Assembly (NCBI GenBank): GCA_963711565.1
Contig: CAVQEQ010000001.1
Location: 1-64,000, forward strand
DNA from: an uncultured delta proteobacterium
GTDB taxonomy: Bacteria > Desulfobacterota > Binatia > Binatales > Binataceae
Direction of reading: 5' to 3'
DNA: 64,000 bases
The notes under the pieces were generated by a model. That model ran no database searches, was not told the origin of the DNA, and worked only from the letters and a program-made list of their open reading frames with translations. The translations under genes and the position numbers were made by a program. This document shows positions 1 through 8,029 of this stretch, one piece after another (position 1 is the first letter of the stretch; each line of letters opens with the position of its first letter).

Positions 1-670
1 CCAGAATGTCGCGTTCTACCCTCAGACCCAACTTGCGGCTCGCGATCTCCTGGCTCCGGTCCCGGATCCCAGACTTGATGTAGCTGCGGTCAATCGAAAG
101 CGCGTTTCCCGTTTCGGTGATACCACGAACTAGAATGTGGACATGCGGGTTGTCGGTGTCGTGATGATCGATGGCCGCCCATTCAAGGCGCGTTCCGAGA
201 TCGCGCTCCATCTGAGCGACCAGCTCGCGCGCATGCTCTTTGAGATCCATTACGGCGCCGTTCTCGGGCGAGACGATGATCCGAAACAGCCGCGGGTCGC
301 CCGCCTTCTGCCAACCCGCCAGAAGCTGGGAGAGGTTAATGTCGTCGCGAGTCGAATCGAAGCCGAGTCCCTTCGCGTCCTCTCGCTGCGCGCCTTCCCG
401 CGCGAGATAGCGTCCGTGCGCAGCCCACGATGCCGACCTCGCGTTGCGCGCGTACGAAACCTTGACCACGCTCCGCTGCATGAAGGCGTGAGGCTCGCGT
501 TGGACGCCCGCGCCCCGTTGTCCAAGTCGGGTGTTCATACGCCGAGACTGGGTTGCTCGGCCTTGTCGCTTCGCGATCGCAAGCCACCATCGCTTCGCGC
601 GATGCCGTTCTCCGCGTCGGCGCGGAGGACGCGGTTGCATAGCGAGGTCGCGCCGCAGCAAATCACTCAT
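1..670 (-). CDS. Relaxase, VirD2/RlxS-like MOB-P (DUF3363 type); N-terminal part, continues beyond window start
   Basis: Not in the ORF track; manual translation from ATG at 670 (GAGGA RBS upstream) gives ...QRSVVKVSYARN..AHGRYLAREGAQRE..FRIIVSPENG..MERDLGTRLEWAAIDHHDTDNPHVHILVRG, containing the catalytic Tyr and His-triad motifs. Confidence 0.9.
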   Translation of the reverse strand, partial: MSDLLRRDLAMQPRPPRRRGERHRAKRWWLAIAKRQGRATQSRRMNTRLGQRGAGVQREPHAFMQRSVVKVSYARNARSASWAAHGRYLAREGAQREDAKGLGFDSTRDDINLSQLLAGWQKAGDPRLFRIIVSPENGAVMDLKEHARELVAQMERDLGTRLEWAAIDHHDTDNPHVHILVRGITETGNALSIDRSYIKSGIRDRSQEIASRKLGLRVERDIL

Positions 671-1052
671 CTGACGTTTCCTCGCCCAGAAGCCGCAGCA
701 TCATTCGCGGAAGTTCAGCGGAGTCGCGTGGCTCCTCGCCGCCCAGCGCGCTGACAATGCGCCGGAGGTGTTCGCTCGAAAGCGTCAGACTGTGCAGCTC
801 CTTGGATCGGGTCCAGGATTTCCAGGCGCGCTTCGAAGTCGCGCGAGTATCGAGCTTCACGCGGCCGACTGAAGCGATCGCGGCGCGCCGTGTAGCAGGA
901 AGGTCGGGCAGACGTGCTGCGAGTTCAAGTAATCCACCGAGCAACAGGTCGGGCGGCTCACGGTCCAGCCCCGCAATCGCGACCAGCCCGCCGAGATTCG
1001 CGAGATGATGGACTCTAAGTCCCTGTTCTCTGGTGTGTAGTCCGTCCGCCAT
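663..1052 (-). CDS. Conjugal transfer protein, TraD/TraC-like relaxosome accessory protein
   Basis: HLANLGGLVAIAGLD..PDLLLGGLLE resembles the TraD 'LGGLVxKAG..LLGAL' motif; overlaps the relaxase start. Confidence 0.65.
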   Translation of the reverse strand: MADGLHTREQGLRVHHLANLGGLVAIAGLDREPPDLLLGGLLELAARLPDLPATRRAAIASVGRVKLDTRATSKRAWKSWTRSKELHSLTLSSEHLRRIVSALGGEEPRDSAELPRMMLRLLGEETSDE

Positions 1053-1055
1053 AAC

Positions 1056-1664
1056 TCACCACGTGAGAACCGGCTCCAGCGCGGCCCGAACCGAGTTCGC
1101 CGGCACCGGCCCGAAGTAACGAGAGTCCCAGCTTCGCGCGTCCTTTGTTCCGAACAGCCACACCTGATTTGTCGGCACGGTGTAGCGACCCCACGCTACG
1201 TGCTTCACTGATCGGCCGCTGCTGTCGCGCGAAAGCGTGGCCGAATGCTGCAGACGTTGGCCGTTGACCGCGATGTAATCGGGCACGACTTCAACAGAGT
1301 CTCCGGGGAGCGCACTGAGTCGTTTGCCGACCGGCTCGATGCCGTCTCCGCAACCGCGTCCGCGCAAGAGATAGCCGCGTGCGATGCCGAGCTGTGCGAT
1401 CGCGTCTGGCAGACACGCCAGCACCAGATCGCCGCGCGACGGTGCGCGTTTAACCATCCGATAGATCCCTGGCGGGCACGCGCTGTCTGTGAGACCGATC
1501 CTCAGTCCCAGAAGCTCGAAGCTTAAAACTGGTACTGCGATTCCCGCACAGAGGATGACCGGAAACAGCGCTCGCCTGGCGATTGCTCGGGTACGGGGCA
1601 GCGCGATGCGGTACGGGGAAGAAATCCCGCGCCGAAGAAAGAGAATCTGACGAAAGGCGTCCAC
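1056..1664 (-). CDS. traF: Conjugative transfer signal peptidase TraF (S26)
   Basis: TDSACPPGIY, GDLVLACLP, RGYL..G.C, KRLSALPGD, SWDSRYFGPV motifs. Confidence 0.9.
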   Translation of the reverse strand: MDAFRQILFLRRGISSPYRIALPRTRAIARRALFPVILCAGIAVPVLSFELLGLRIGLTDSACPPGIYRMVKRAPSRGDLVLACLPDAIAQLGIARGYLLRGRGCGDGIEPVGKRLSALPGDSVEVVPDYIAVNGQRLQHSATLSRDSSGRSVKHVAWGRYTVPTNQVWLFGTKDARSWDSRYFGPVPANSVRAALEPVLTW

Positions 1665-1689
1665 AGTACGGTAAAACCTTTATCTTGCC

Positions 1690-1965
1690 CTACGACCGCA
1701 TCGCCCCTGCCGCCCCGTTCTTCTCCTCCCTATGCGCCAACCGCTCGCCGCCTCCTTCCCGCCTACTACGCCAGCCTCTGAAATCACGGTCGCTATCGAC
1801 GAAGTGCTTCAGCATCTCAATCGCGACTTCTTTGGCGTCCGTCTCCCGATGCAAGCTGTCGTGCAAATAGCCGACGTATTCGTCCAGCGACGCCTTGAGG
1901 CTGCCGGGCAAAGTGAGCCGCAACTGTACGGGAGGTAAATCCTTGTCCTTGAGTCTGAGCTTCAT
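1690..1965 (-). CDS. DUF2274-like protein (copy 1)
   Basis: MKLRL..PVQLRLTLPGSLKASLDEY..MLKHFVDSDRDF; usual position downstream of trbI. Confidence 0.75.
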   Translation of the reverse strand: MKLRLKDKDLPPVQLRLTLPGSLKASLDEYVGYLHDSLHRETDAKEVAIEMLKHFVDSDRDFRGWRSRREGGGERLAHREEKNGAAGAMRS

Positions 1966-2215
1966 CTCTCCAGCTCCTTTGTGTCAGTCGTTGTGAGTTC
2001 TCGTAGATGCGCGTCTTGCGCCACGCGCTGAATTCCTCGCTCGTCTCGAGGAAGTGCCACAGCATCAACTGCGCCAGCTCCGCAGGATCGTTCTTCTGAC
2101 CCCGGACCCTATGGGTGTACTCGACGTACGCGTCGATCTCCTTCTTGAGGTGCCCGCCAATCGTCAGCGTGAGATAGCTTGAAGTGAGCGTCTTCATTTC
2201 GGTTCCGCTTTCCAC
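1817..2215 (-). CDS. DUF2274-like protein (copy 2); C-terminal tail overlaps copy 1
   Basis: LTLTIGGHLKKEIDAYVEY..LMLWHFLETSEEFSAWRK aligns by eye with copy 1. Confidence 0.6.
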   Translation of the reverse strand: MESGTEMKTLTSSYLTLTIGGHLKKEIDAYVEYTHRVRGQKNDPAELAQLMLWHFLETSEEFSAWRKTRIYENSQRLTQRSWRDEAQTQGQGFTSRTVAAHFARQPQGVAGRIRRLFARQLASGDGRQRSRD

Positions 2216-2231
2216 TTTGCTGCTCTCCGCC

Positions 2232-3410
2232 TCAGTTCCGGTAAGGCCCTGGCAGTATGAGGTCGTTCGTGACCATCACGTTGAACTGATAGCCCGGTCG
2301 TATCTCCAACGTTGGCGGGATGTTCATTCCGCGCTGAAGACTGCTCTGCGCGACTTGTCCGAGTTGCTGACTAGCCGCCGCGCCGCCCGTCTCACTGAGC
2401 AATGACATTTGGTTTGGCGTCTGGTAGCCGTACCCGTAGGGGCCGGAGAAACCCGTGCCTGCGCCGAACGCTCCTAGCTGCCCAACCATTTGGCCTGCGC
2501 TAATGACAGAAATGAGCGCAGCGGTGCCGAACGTCTTCACGTAGTGGTTGTTCACCTCATCGCTGAACCCCGGGTAGCCCGCCTGGTCGGCCCCCGGCAT
2601 GTCCGGGATGTCCATGCTCGACGAGTTCGGGAAGATCACCCGCTTCCATTCGATCTGGGCGCGCTCCTGTCCATACGCTGCGTTGGTCTGGTACGAGCCG
2701 ATGACCCTGGCGCCTTGAGGAATCAGAACCCATCGTCCGGATGCGCTGTCGAAGACGTTCTCGCGAACTTGCGCCAGAATTGGTCCGGGCAGTTCCGAGT
2801 TGATGCCACTGATCAGCACCGCCGGAATAACGCTGCCTGCTGTGATCAGAAAAGGAGACACCGCAGGTTTGACGCTTGCGATCGCACTGGTGCCGCTGCC
2901 CTGGCCAGATGGCGTGATCGTCAGATCGTACGGCCTGGTTGTCCCTGCCTGACTCGCAACGCTTGGAACTTCCAATGTCTCGCCGTGGTGAAACGCTTCG
3001 ACCATTGGCGGCGCGGAGAGCGCCTTCACATATTCCTCCTCACGCAACTCGGCCAGCCTGCTCGGTGGACGCGCTGGCAGTGGAACAGCAGGAGCCTGCG
3101 TAGTGAGCGTGGGCGACGGAGGCGGAAGTGGAACAGACTTGATATCAGGCGGCTTCTGACTTCTGGCCTTCGCTTCCAGTTCCGCGATCGCAGCGCGTTC
3201 CTCGTTGGACGTCACGGTTGCTGCATCGTCGCTTCGAACTGCTTGGCTGGAATCCGGCGAGTCCGAATGCAGCGCAACGATCATCACGAACATTGCAGTT
3301 GCGATTGCCACGCCGGCGACGATAACCAGAGTGCGAGTCAGTCGTGCGCCGCCTCCGCGCGGTTGGTGAACGCGCGGGCCGGTCGGTCCAATTGCCGTTG
3401 CGGTGGCCAT
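2232..3410 (-). CDS. trbI: TrbI/VirB10 T4SS core protein
   Basis: AGSVIPAVLISGINSELPGPILAQVRENVFDS, GADQAGYPG, NIPPTLEIRPG. Confidence 0.95.
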   Translation of the reverse strand: MATATAIGPTGPRVHQPRGGGARLTRTLVIVAGVAIATAMFVMIVALHSDSPDSSQAVRSDDAATVTSNEERAAIAELEAKARSQKPPDIKSVPLPPPSPTLTTQAPAVPLPARPPSRLAELREEEYVKALSAPPMVEAFHHGETLEVPSVASQAGTTRPYDLTITPSGQGSGTSAIASVKPAVSPFLITAGSVIPAVLISGINSELPGPILAQVRENVFDSASGRWVLIPQGARVIGSYQTNAAYGQERAQIEWKRVIFPNSSSMDIPDMPGADQAGYPGFSDEVNNHYVKTFGTAALISVISAGQMVGQLGAFGAGTGFSGPYGYGYQTPNQMSLLSETGGAAASQQLGQVAQSSLQRGMNIPPTLEIRPGYQFNVMVTNDLILPGPYRN

Positions 3411-3413
3411 GAT

Positions 3414-4358
3414 TCACCTCGCCGCGCCGGTGTACCGGATGCTGACGCGGTCCTGCTCGCGGCCGACGCCCGAAACCAGCACCGCCTGGTCGAAGAGTTT
3501 GTCAACCACGTAGTAGTCGCCTCTGACGCGATAGTTCACCATCTCGTTGCCGTCGCCTGCGGCGACCAAGAGCGCCGGAGCTTCGCTCGACTTTGTAGTC
3601 GCGGGCATCTGGATGTAGATGTGCGTGCCGTCGTCGAATGCTCGCACAGGCTTCCACGGCAGCTTTGGTCCAGAAACCGCGTACGAAAAATTGAGCGCGC
3701 CCGGATCGAGCGAAGCCAGAGAGGCGACCGCTCCGTCCGACTGCGATTGGGAATCGCGCGCCTTGGCGGCTGTGTGGTCGGCGTCCTGCATCGCCTGCTG
3801 GAGATCTTCAGGATAGTAGAAGGCGACTTCCTGAATTTCGTGTCCGGCGCGCGAGCGCAGCATCAGGTGGTAAATGTGCTTCGTCGTGTAGATCGTCAGA
3901 TTGGTGCTGATGCCCGCAGCGGTGGGTTTGATCGCAAGGTGCGGAGTCGGGTTGCGCGGATCGCCTGATGAAGCTGGCGTGACAAGCCAGCGTTCGCTAT
4001 CGCCGCTGGCTACGTCGGTGATTGTCTCGCCCGGCTCAAGTTGAATGTCGGTCGTTCGCAATGGAGAGCAGTCAACCGCAGGCTCTTGTCCCCCTTCATC
4101 GTACGGATAGAGTTCGCGGCGCGGCGTCTTATAGACCTGCCACGCGCCGTCCTGCTGATGTTGCCTGACCGCCTCCTGAACTTCTTGGGGTTGTTGTGCG
4201 AGTAGCTGAGCGCCGGTGAGCGGTGCGGGCTCTGGCTCGGGAGGTGGCACGGCCTTCGTGACCAGCGTCAGCGGAGGTGGCGGTGGCGCTTGCTTCCCTG
4301 AGCAGGCGCCGAGCGTCAGCGAGAGAGCGACGAAACCAAATGTGCCGATGAACTTCAT
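3414..4358 (-). CDS. trbG: TrbG/VirB9 P-type conjugative transfer protein
   Basis: TDIQLEPGE, GDSERW, WKPVRAFDDG, VNYRVRGDYYVVD; N-terminal lipobox-like LGAC. Confidence 0.95.
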   Translation of the reverse strand: MKFIGTFGFVALSLTLGACSGKQAPPPPPLTLVTKAVPPPEPEPAPLTGAQLLAQQPQEVQEAVRQHQQDGAWQVYKTPRRELYPYDEGGQEPAVDCSPLRTTDIQLEPGETITDVASGDSERWLVTPASSGDPRNPTPHLAIKPTAAGISTNLTIYTTKHIYHLMLRSRAGHEIQEVAFYYPEDLQQAMQDADHTAAKARDSQSQSDGAVASLASLDPGALNFSYAVSGPKLPWKPVRAFDDGTHIYIQMPATTKSSEAPALLVAAGDGNEMVNYRVRGDYYVVDKLFDQAVLVSGVGREQDRVSIRYTGAAR

Positions 4359-4370
4359 GGTGATCGCCTC

Positions 4371-5036
4371 CTAACTCCGCTGCTCGGTCCAATTGAGCTG
4401 CGTGACATAGAAGCCGAGCGGATTCTCCAAGATCGAGGAGTCCGAGGTTTCGGAAATGATCGAGGTATCGAGCGCCGCTTCCCAATGAGTCGTGGCGACC
4501 GGAGACCCGTCGAGGCCTGATGCCTCCTCAGTCCATCGCACCTGCCACGTCGCTTTCGACAGCGGCAGGATTGAATCGATCTGGACGCTGACTGATTGGT
4601 GTTGAGCGACCTTGAACGGATCATGTTCCAGGTCGTTCTCGTGATAGTAGTACTCGAGAAACTTGTAAGCCGGTCCACGAGCGCGGCTGTAAACCTGGCC
4701 GATCAGCTGGTGCTCGGCAGCCGGATCGGTGATCACCTCGCGAGCATTGCGGATGAAAGCCGCGAGCTCGTACCGCACCATCCGGTCAGTGCTGATCCGC
4801 GTGGTGTTCTCGGTGAGCGCGCTCGGCGCGCCGATCGCGTAGCCGAGCTTGTCAACTTCGACGACGTATGGAACGAACTTGCTCCGCGTACTGATCCAGA
4901 CCATCCCGAAAGCGAGCACTAACGTGATCGCCATCATGCCGGCGGCGGTGATCTGCCAGTTACGCTTGCCGAGAACCAGATCAGCGTAACGCTCGTCCCA
5001 TTCCTGCTGCGCTTTGAGATAGACGCTGCCTTCCAT
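4371..5036 (-). CDS. trbF: TrbF/VirB8 conjugal transfer protein
   Basis: YLKAQQEWDERY, NWQ, VPYVVEVDKLG, WQVRWTE, NPLGFYV. Confidence 0.95.
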   Translation of the reverse strand: MEGSVYLKAQQEWDERYADLVLGKRNWQITAAGMMAITLVLAFGMVWISTRSKFVPYVVEVDKLGYAIGAPSALTENTTRISTDRMVRYELAAFIRNAREVITDPAAEHQLIGQVYSRARGPAYKFLEYYYHENDLEHDPFKVAQHQSVSVQIDSILPLSKATWQVRWTEEASGLDGSPVATTHWEAALDTSIISETSDSSILENPLGFYVTQLNWTEQRS

Positions 5037-5355
5037 GCTGACGCCTCGTTGCTAGCGGTCGAGCACTTGTTGTGAAAATTCGAGTCTCGCTGGGATCTGA
5101 GCTTGAGCAAGTCCCGCGCCAACTAGCCGCAAGGCCGACGCGACTTTGGCAAATTCAGATGAACGCCGGCTGTTCGAACGAAAAATGAAAGCTGTCAGGG
5201 ATCGTCAGAGAACAATTGATCGAGCGTTTGTCGAAGAAACGAACGCAGACGGACTCCGAGCCTCTTGAAGACGAGACGCTCGATTCATGCCGACATTCTG
5301 AATTCTTGAGGCGACCTGTTGCCGAGCTGCGATAAAGCAGTGATCTTGTATGCTC

Positions 5356-6264
5356 CTAGCGGAACGTTTCCACTATATTGCGGATTTTCTCCTGTTCTTC
5401 CTTCGAAGGCGGCCGCAAGGTTCGACGTGACTGGTCGCAGATTTGGCGGAATTGCGCGCCATAGTCGAAGAATACGGCCTTGCCGTTGTCTTCTCCCAAG
5501 CGCCTGATTGTCACCCGCAGTTTAAACTTGACGTCCAAAATCGGATCTCCGCCCTTCATTACGCGGACCTTTGGGAATTCATCATCAATGACAAGTTGAT
5601 GCGTACCTAGGGTCGCCTTTTCGAAACAAGTAGCAACCATTTCGAGGATCGAATGGCGTTCCACCCAGTCCAATCCTTCGCCCTGGAAGGCTCGGTATCT
5701 AGCCGTAAACTTTTCGTCTCCGGTGATCTCAATCTCTGTCAAGACGCAGTAAGGTTTGTCTGCGGCCTGCTCAACCGAGGTCACCCGCATCACAAAAAGA
5801 CCGTTTGGTTCACCCCAATCCAAAGCCCAGTCCGTGTGCCATTCAGGCGTTTCTAGACGCCCCTGTCCTTCGGTGGTGACCCGCGCAACGGCATCGAGAA
5901 TAGTTCTGAGACCGTCGTCAAAATTCGCTCGAAAGTCCGCATACATCTTTCCCCGCAAAAAGATCGGGACTTGGCAATCCTCCAACAGCACAGGCAGAAC
6001 TATGATGCGCCGTTCCTCCAGTTCCCGAAGCAGGCCAGCCGAAAATTCTTTCTTACACCACTCGGATGCGATCGATGCCTTGGAGAGAACGACTACGAGA
6101 GCGCTAGCATCCTGCAAGGCGGCCTGAATGCGATCAATGAGTGAGTCCCCGACGTTGAGTTCCCAGCGATCGATCCAGACTCTCGCCTTGTTTCTGACCA
6201 GCTGTGCAGCGAGCCTGTTCACGAACTCCGCATCATGGTGGGAATAGCTGATAAAGATTGGCAT
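5356..6264 (-). CDS. TIR-domain protein (TIR_2) with uncharacterised C-terminal domain
   Basis: IFISYSHHD, VWIDRWEL..GDSL, VVLSKASIASEWCKKE (catalytic Glu position), VLPVLL, YADF. Confidence 0.9.
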   Translation of the reverse strand: MPIFISYSHHDAEFVNRLAAQLVRNKARVWIDRWELNVGDSLIDRIQAALQDASALVVVLSKASIASEWCKKEFSAGLLRELEERRIIVLPVLLEDCQVPIFLRGKMYADFRANFDDGLRTILDAVARVTTEGQGRLETPEWHTDWALDWGEPNGLFVMRVTSVEQAADKPYCVLTEIEITGDEKFTARYRAFQGEGLDWVERHSILEMVATCFEKATLGTHQLVIDDEFPKVRVMKGGDPILDVKFKLRVTIRRLGEDNGKAVFFDYGAQFRQICDQSRRTLRPPSKEEQEKIRNIVETFR

Positions 6265-6307
6265 TAGGTTTGAACGAGTTCCTCAGAAGCGCAAGCGCGG
6301 CAACCCG

Positions 6308-6667
6308 TTATTGCACTGAAGGTCGGAACGTTTCAAATACTCGTGCCAATTCCGCGGAATGAAATGTTGCCGGATCGTCAAACGTGTAATTCAGGGAACG
6401 CGCGAGTTCGAAAAAGCCGTTTCCAGGAAGAGCAAACGCGCTGTCAACAACAACGGCAGAGACCATGACACCCCGTTCAGCGTGAGTTTCCGCCGAGATT
6501 GCGCCCAAAACGGGGCCTTCCGTCACGAAGTTTACCCCAACTACTTGTTCTCTGATCGCGCCGTACATAATCGTTCGATTGGCCCGCGCACAGCTTATGA
6601 GAATTTCGCGCACCGCAGCGATCATATCTCGGTGGCGCAGTTTCGTCTCGTCACTCCAGCCATCCAT
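6308..6667 (-). CDS. Hypothetical protein (119 aa)
   Basis: GGAGG RBS before ATG 6667; motifs ARANRTIMYG, VLGAIS, MVSAVVV, PGNGFFELA. Confidence 0.75.
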   Translation of the reverse strand: MDGWSDETKLRHRDMIAAVREILISCARANRTIMYGAIREQVVGVNFVTEGPVLGAISAETHAERGVMVSAVVVDSAFALPGNGFFELARSLNYTFDDPATFHSAELARVFETFRPSVQ

Positions 6668-7035
6668 ATCGACCTCCAGTTCGCGACCTTTTCCGCGCGG
6701 CTTTTGTTTGGCTTCTTTTGCCGGGCTCTCCAGTGCCGAGAAAAACGTGCACAAACGGATCGCAGAAAGTACTCTCCAGCTTTTCCTCTTGCAAGGTCGT
6801 TACGAATCGGAAGCGAGGTCATGGACCTGCGTCAGGCTCTTCCGCGCTCGGAAGTTCCAAACAGCAAATTCCTGTCCCAGTAATTCAGAAAGTCACTGAG
6901 CACTAGAACTGTCGTACGTCTCATGGAGATTGACGTCACCACGGCAGGAAGGCATCTCAAATCGCTGAAAGTGCAGCGAGAGAAGAAGCCAGAAAATAGA
7001 CTCAAAGCAGAAAGGCGGAGTTTTCGTCAGTTTGT

Positions 7036-7093
7036 AAAGTGTCCAAAAGTGTCCAAGATGATCTGAATTGAGCTGATCTGAGGTGATATGCAC
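7036..7093. repeat. Att-arm-like repeats: AAAGTGTCCA x2, then a TGAnn pentamer array
   Basis: Perfect tandem 10-mer at 7036-7045 and 7046-7055; tgatc tgaat tgagc tgatc tgagg tgata tgcac at 7059-7093. Confidence 0.75.
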
Positions 7094-7161
7094 CGCCAGA
7101 AACCCCTTCATTTTGCGGCGTTTTACGATTTGGTATGGCGTGACAGGACGCCTTGTACAGA

Positions 7162-7201
7162 ATTAGCAATCTGGTGCCTTCGACCACTCGGCCACCTCTC
7201 C
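7162..7201 (-). tRNA. tRNA-Ser(GCT) 5' half only (att-site fragment)
   Basis: GGAGAGGTGGCCGAGTGGTCGAAGGCACCAGATTGCTAAT covers acceptor 5' strand, D-arm and anticodon loop; no T-arm (GTTCGAAT) or acceptor 3' strand follows. Confidence 0.85.
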
Positions 7202-7303
7202 GCGTCGAAGAACGTGAAAGAGCGATTGTTCAATATCGATCGCTGGCGCGCAAGCCGCTTGGAGAGTTGCACCGATGCGCTGCGCCGAAGTAAAGCATCT
7301 CGA

Positions 7304-8026
7304 ATGGACCGTAGCAAAACGACTGAAAACTTCCTGGTCGAGAACGACGGTCCGATCACAACGATTACCTTCAATCGTCCGGAGCGGCGCAACTGCCTCG
7401 ACGAAAACGTCATCCTCGACTTCGAGCGCCTGCTGCACGCCGTTCGCGACGATCGCGAATGCCGCGTCCTCATCGTGACCGGCAAGGGCACCGCTTTCTG
7501 CGCGGGCGCGGACAAAGCGATGTTCGAGGCGCCGGCAGGCGCGACCATCGATCCGGCTGAGCGGCGACGGCGTATGGGCGAGTTCGGCAAACGATGGCCG
7601 CGGCTGATCGGCCGCGCGTTCGACGTTCTTGCGCATCTCGATCAGATCACGATTGGCGCGATCAACGGCTACGCGGTCGGCGGCGGATGGTCGTTCGCGC
7701 TCGCATTCGATTTTGCGATCGCGGTCGAAGGCGCGGAGTTCTGGGTGCCGGAAGTCAACCTAGACGTACCGTATCGCGGCGCTCCCGCCAGCGTACTCGC
7801 CGCGCGGCTCGGCCCGTGGCGCGCGAAGGAAGCGATCCTGATGTGCCGTCATTACAGGGCCGAGGAATTGCTCGCGATGGGCGCACTCAACCGCGTCGTC
7901 AAACCCAATGCGCTGATGCCGTCCGCGCGGGAGCTGGCGAAAACGATCGCGGCGAAATCGCGCGACGCGCTCGCGGCGTCAAAGCGCGATATCAACGCAG
8001 TGTTCTTCGGCAATCGCTTGTTCTGA
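7304..8026 (+). CDS. Enoyl-CoA hydratase/isomerase family
   Basis: ITFNRPERRN, AFCAGAD, AINGYAVGGG, PEV. Confidence 0.9.
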   Translation: MDRSKTTENFLVENDGPITTITFNRPERRNCLDENVILDFERLLHAVRDDRECRVLIVTGKGTAFCAGADKAMFEAPAGATIDPAERRRRMGEFGKRWPRLIGRAFDVLAHLDQITIGAINGYAVGGGWSFALAFDFAIAVEGAEFWVPEVNLDVPYRGAPASVLAARLGPWRAKEAILMCRHYRAEELLAMGALNRVVKPNALMPSARELAKTIAAKSRDALAASKRDINAVFFGNRLF

Positions 8027-8029
8027 GGC

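Larger units (their letters stand above)
1..7162. mobile_element. Right end of an integrative conjugative element (trb-type T4SS, MOB-P relaxase) inserted at tRNA-Ser(GCT)
   Basis: Relaxase, tra and trb genes, AT-richer cargo, arm-like repeats, and tRNA sequence that stops abruptly at the anticodon loop; integrase not in window. Confidence 0.8.

Noticed and set aside
137-754. 205-aa plus-strand ORF
   Set aside because: Antisense shadow of the relaxase, whose motifs are clear on the minus strand
2490-3968. 492-aa plus-strand ORF and similar long antisense ORFs (e.g. 10397..11740, 18295..19548, 40602..42137)
   Set aside because: They lie opposite well-supported genes, are Arg-rich and have no motifs; expected in high-GC DNA
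5356-6667. Canonical Thoeris system
   Set aside because: No ThsA (SIR2-SLOG or TM-Macro) gene adjacent
7100-7201. Complete or intron-containing tRNA-Ser
   Set aside because: No T-loop or acceptor 3' strand nearby and no recognisable group I intron core; an att junction explains it better
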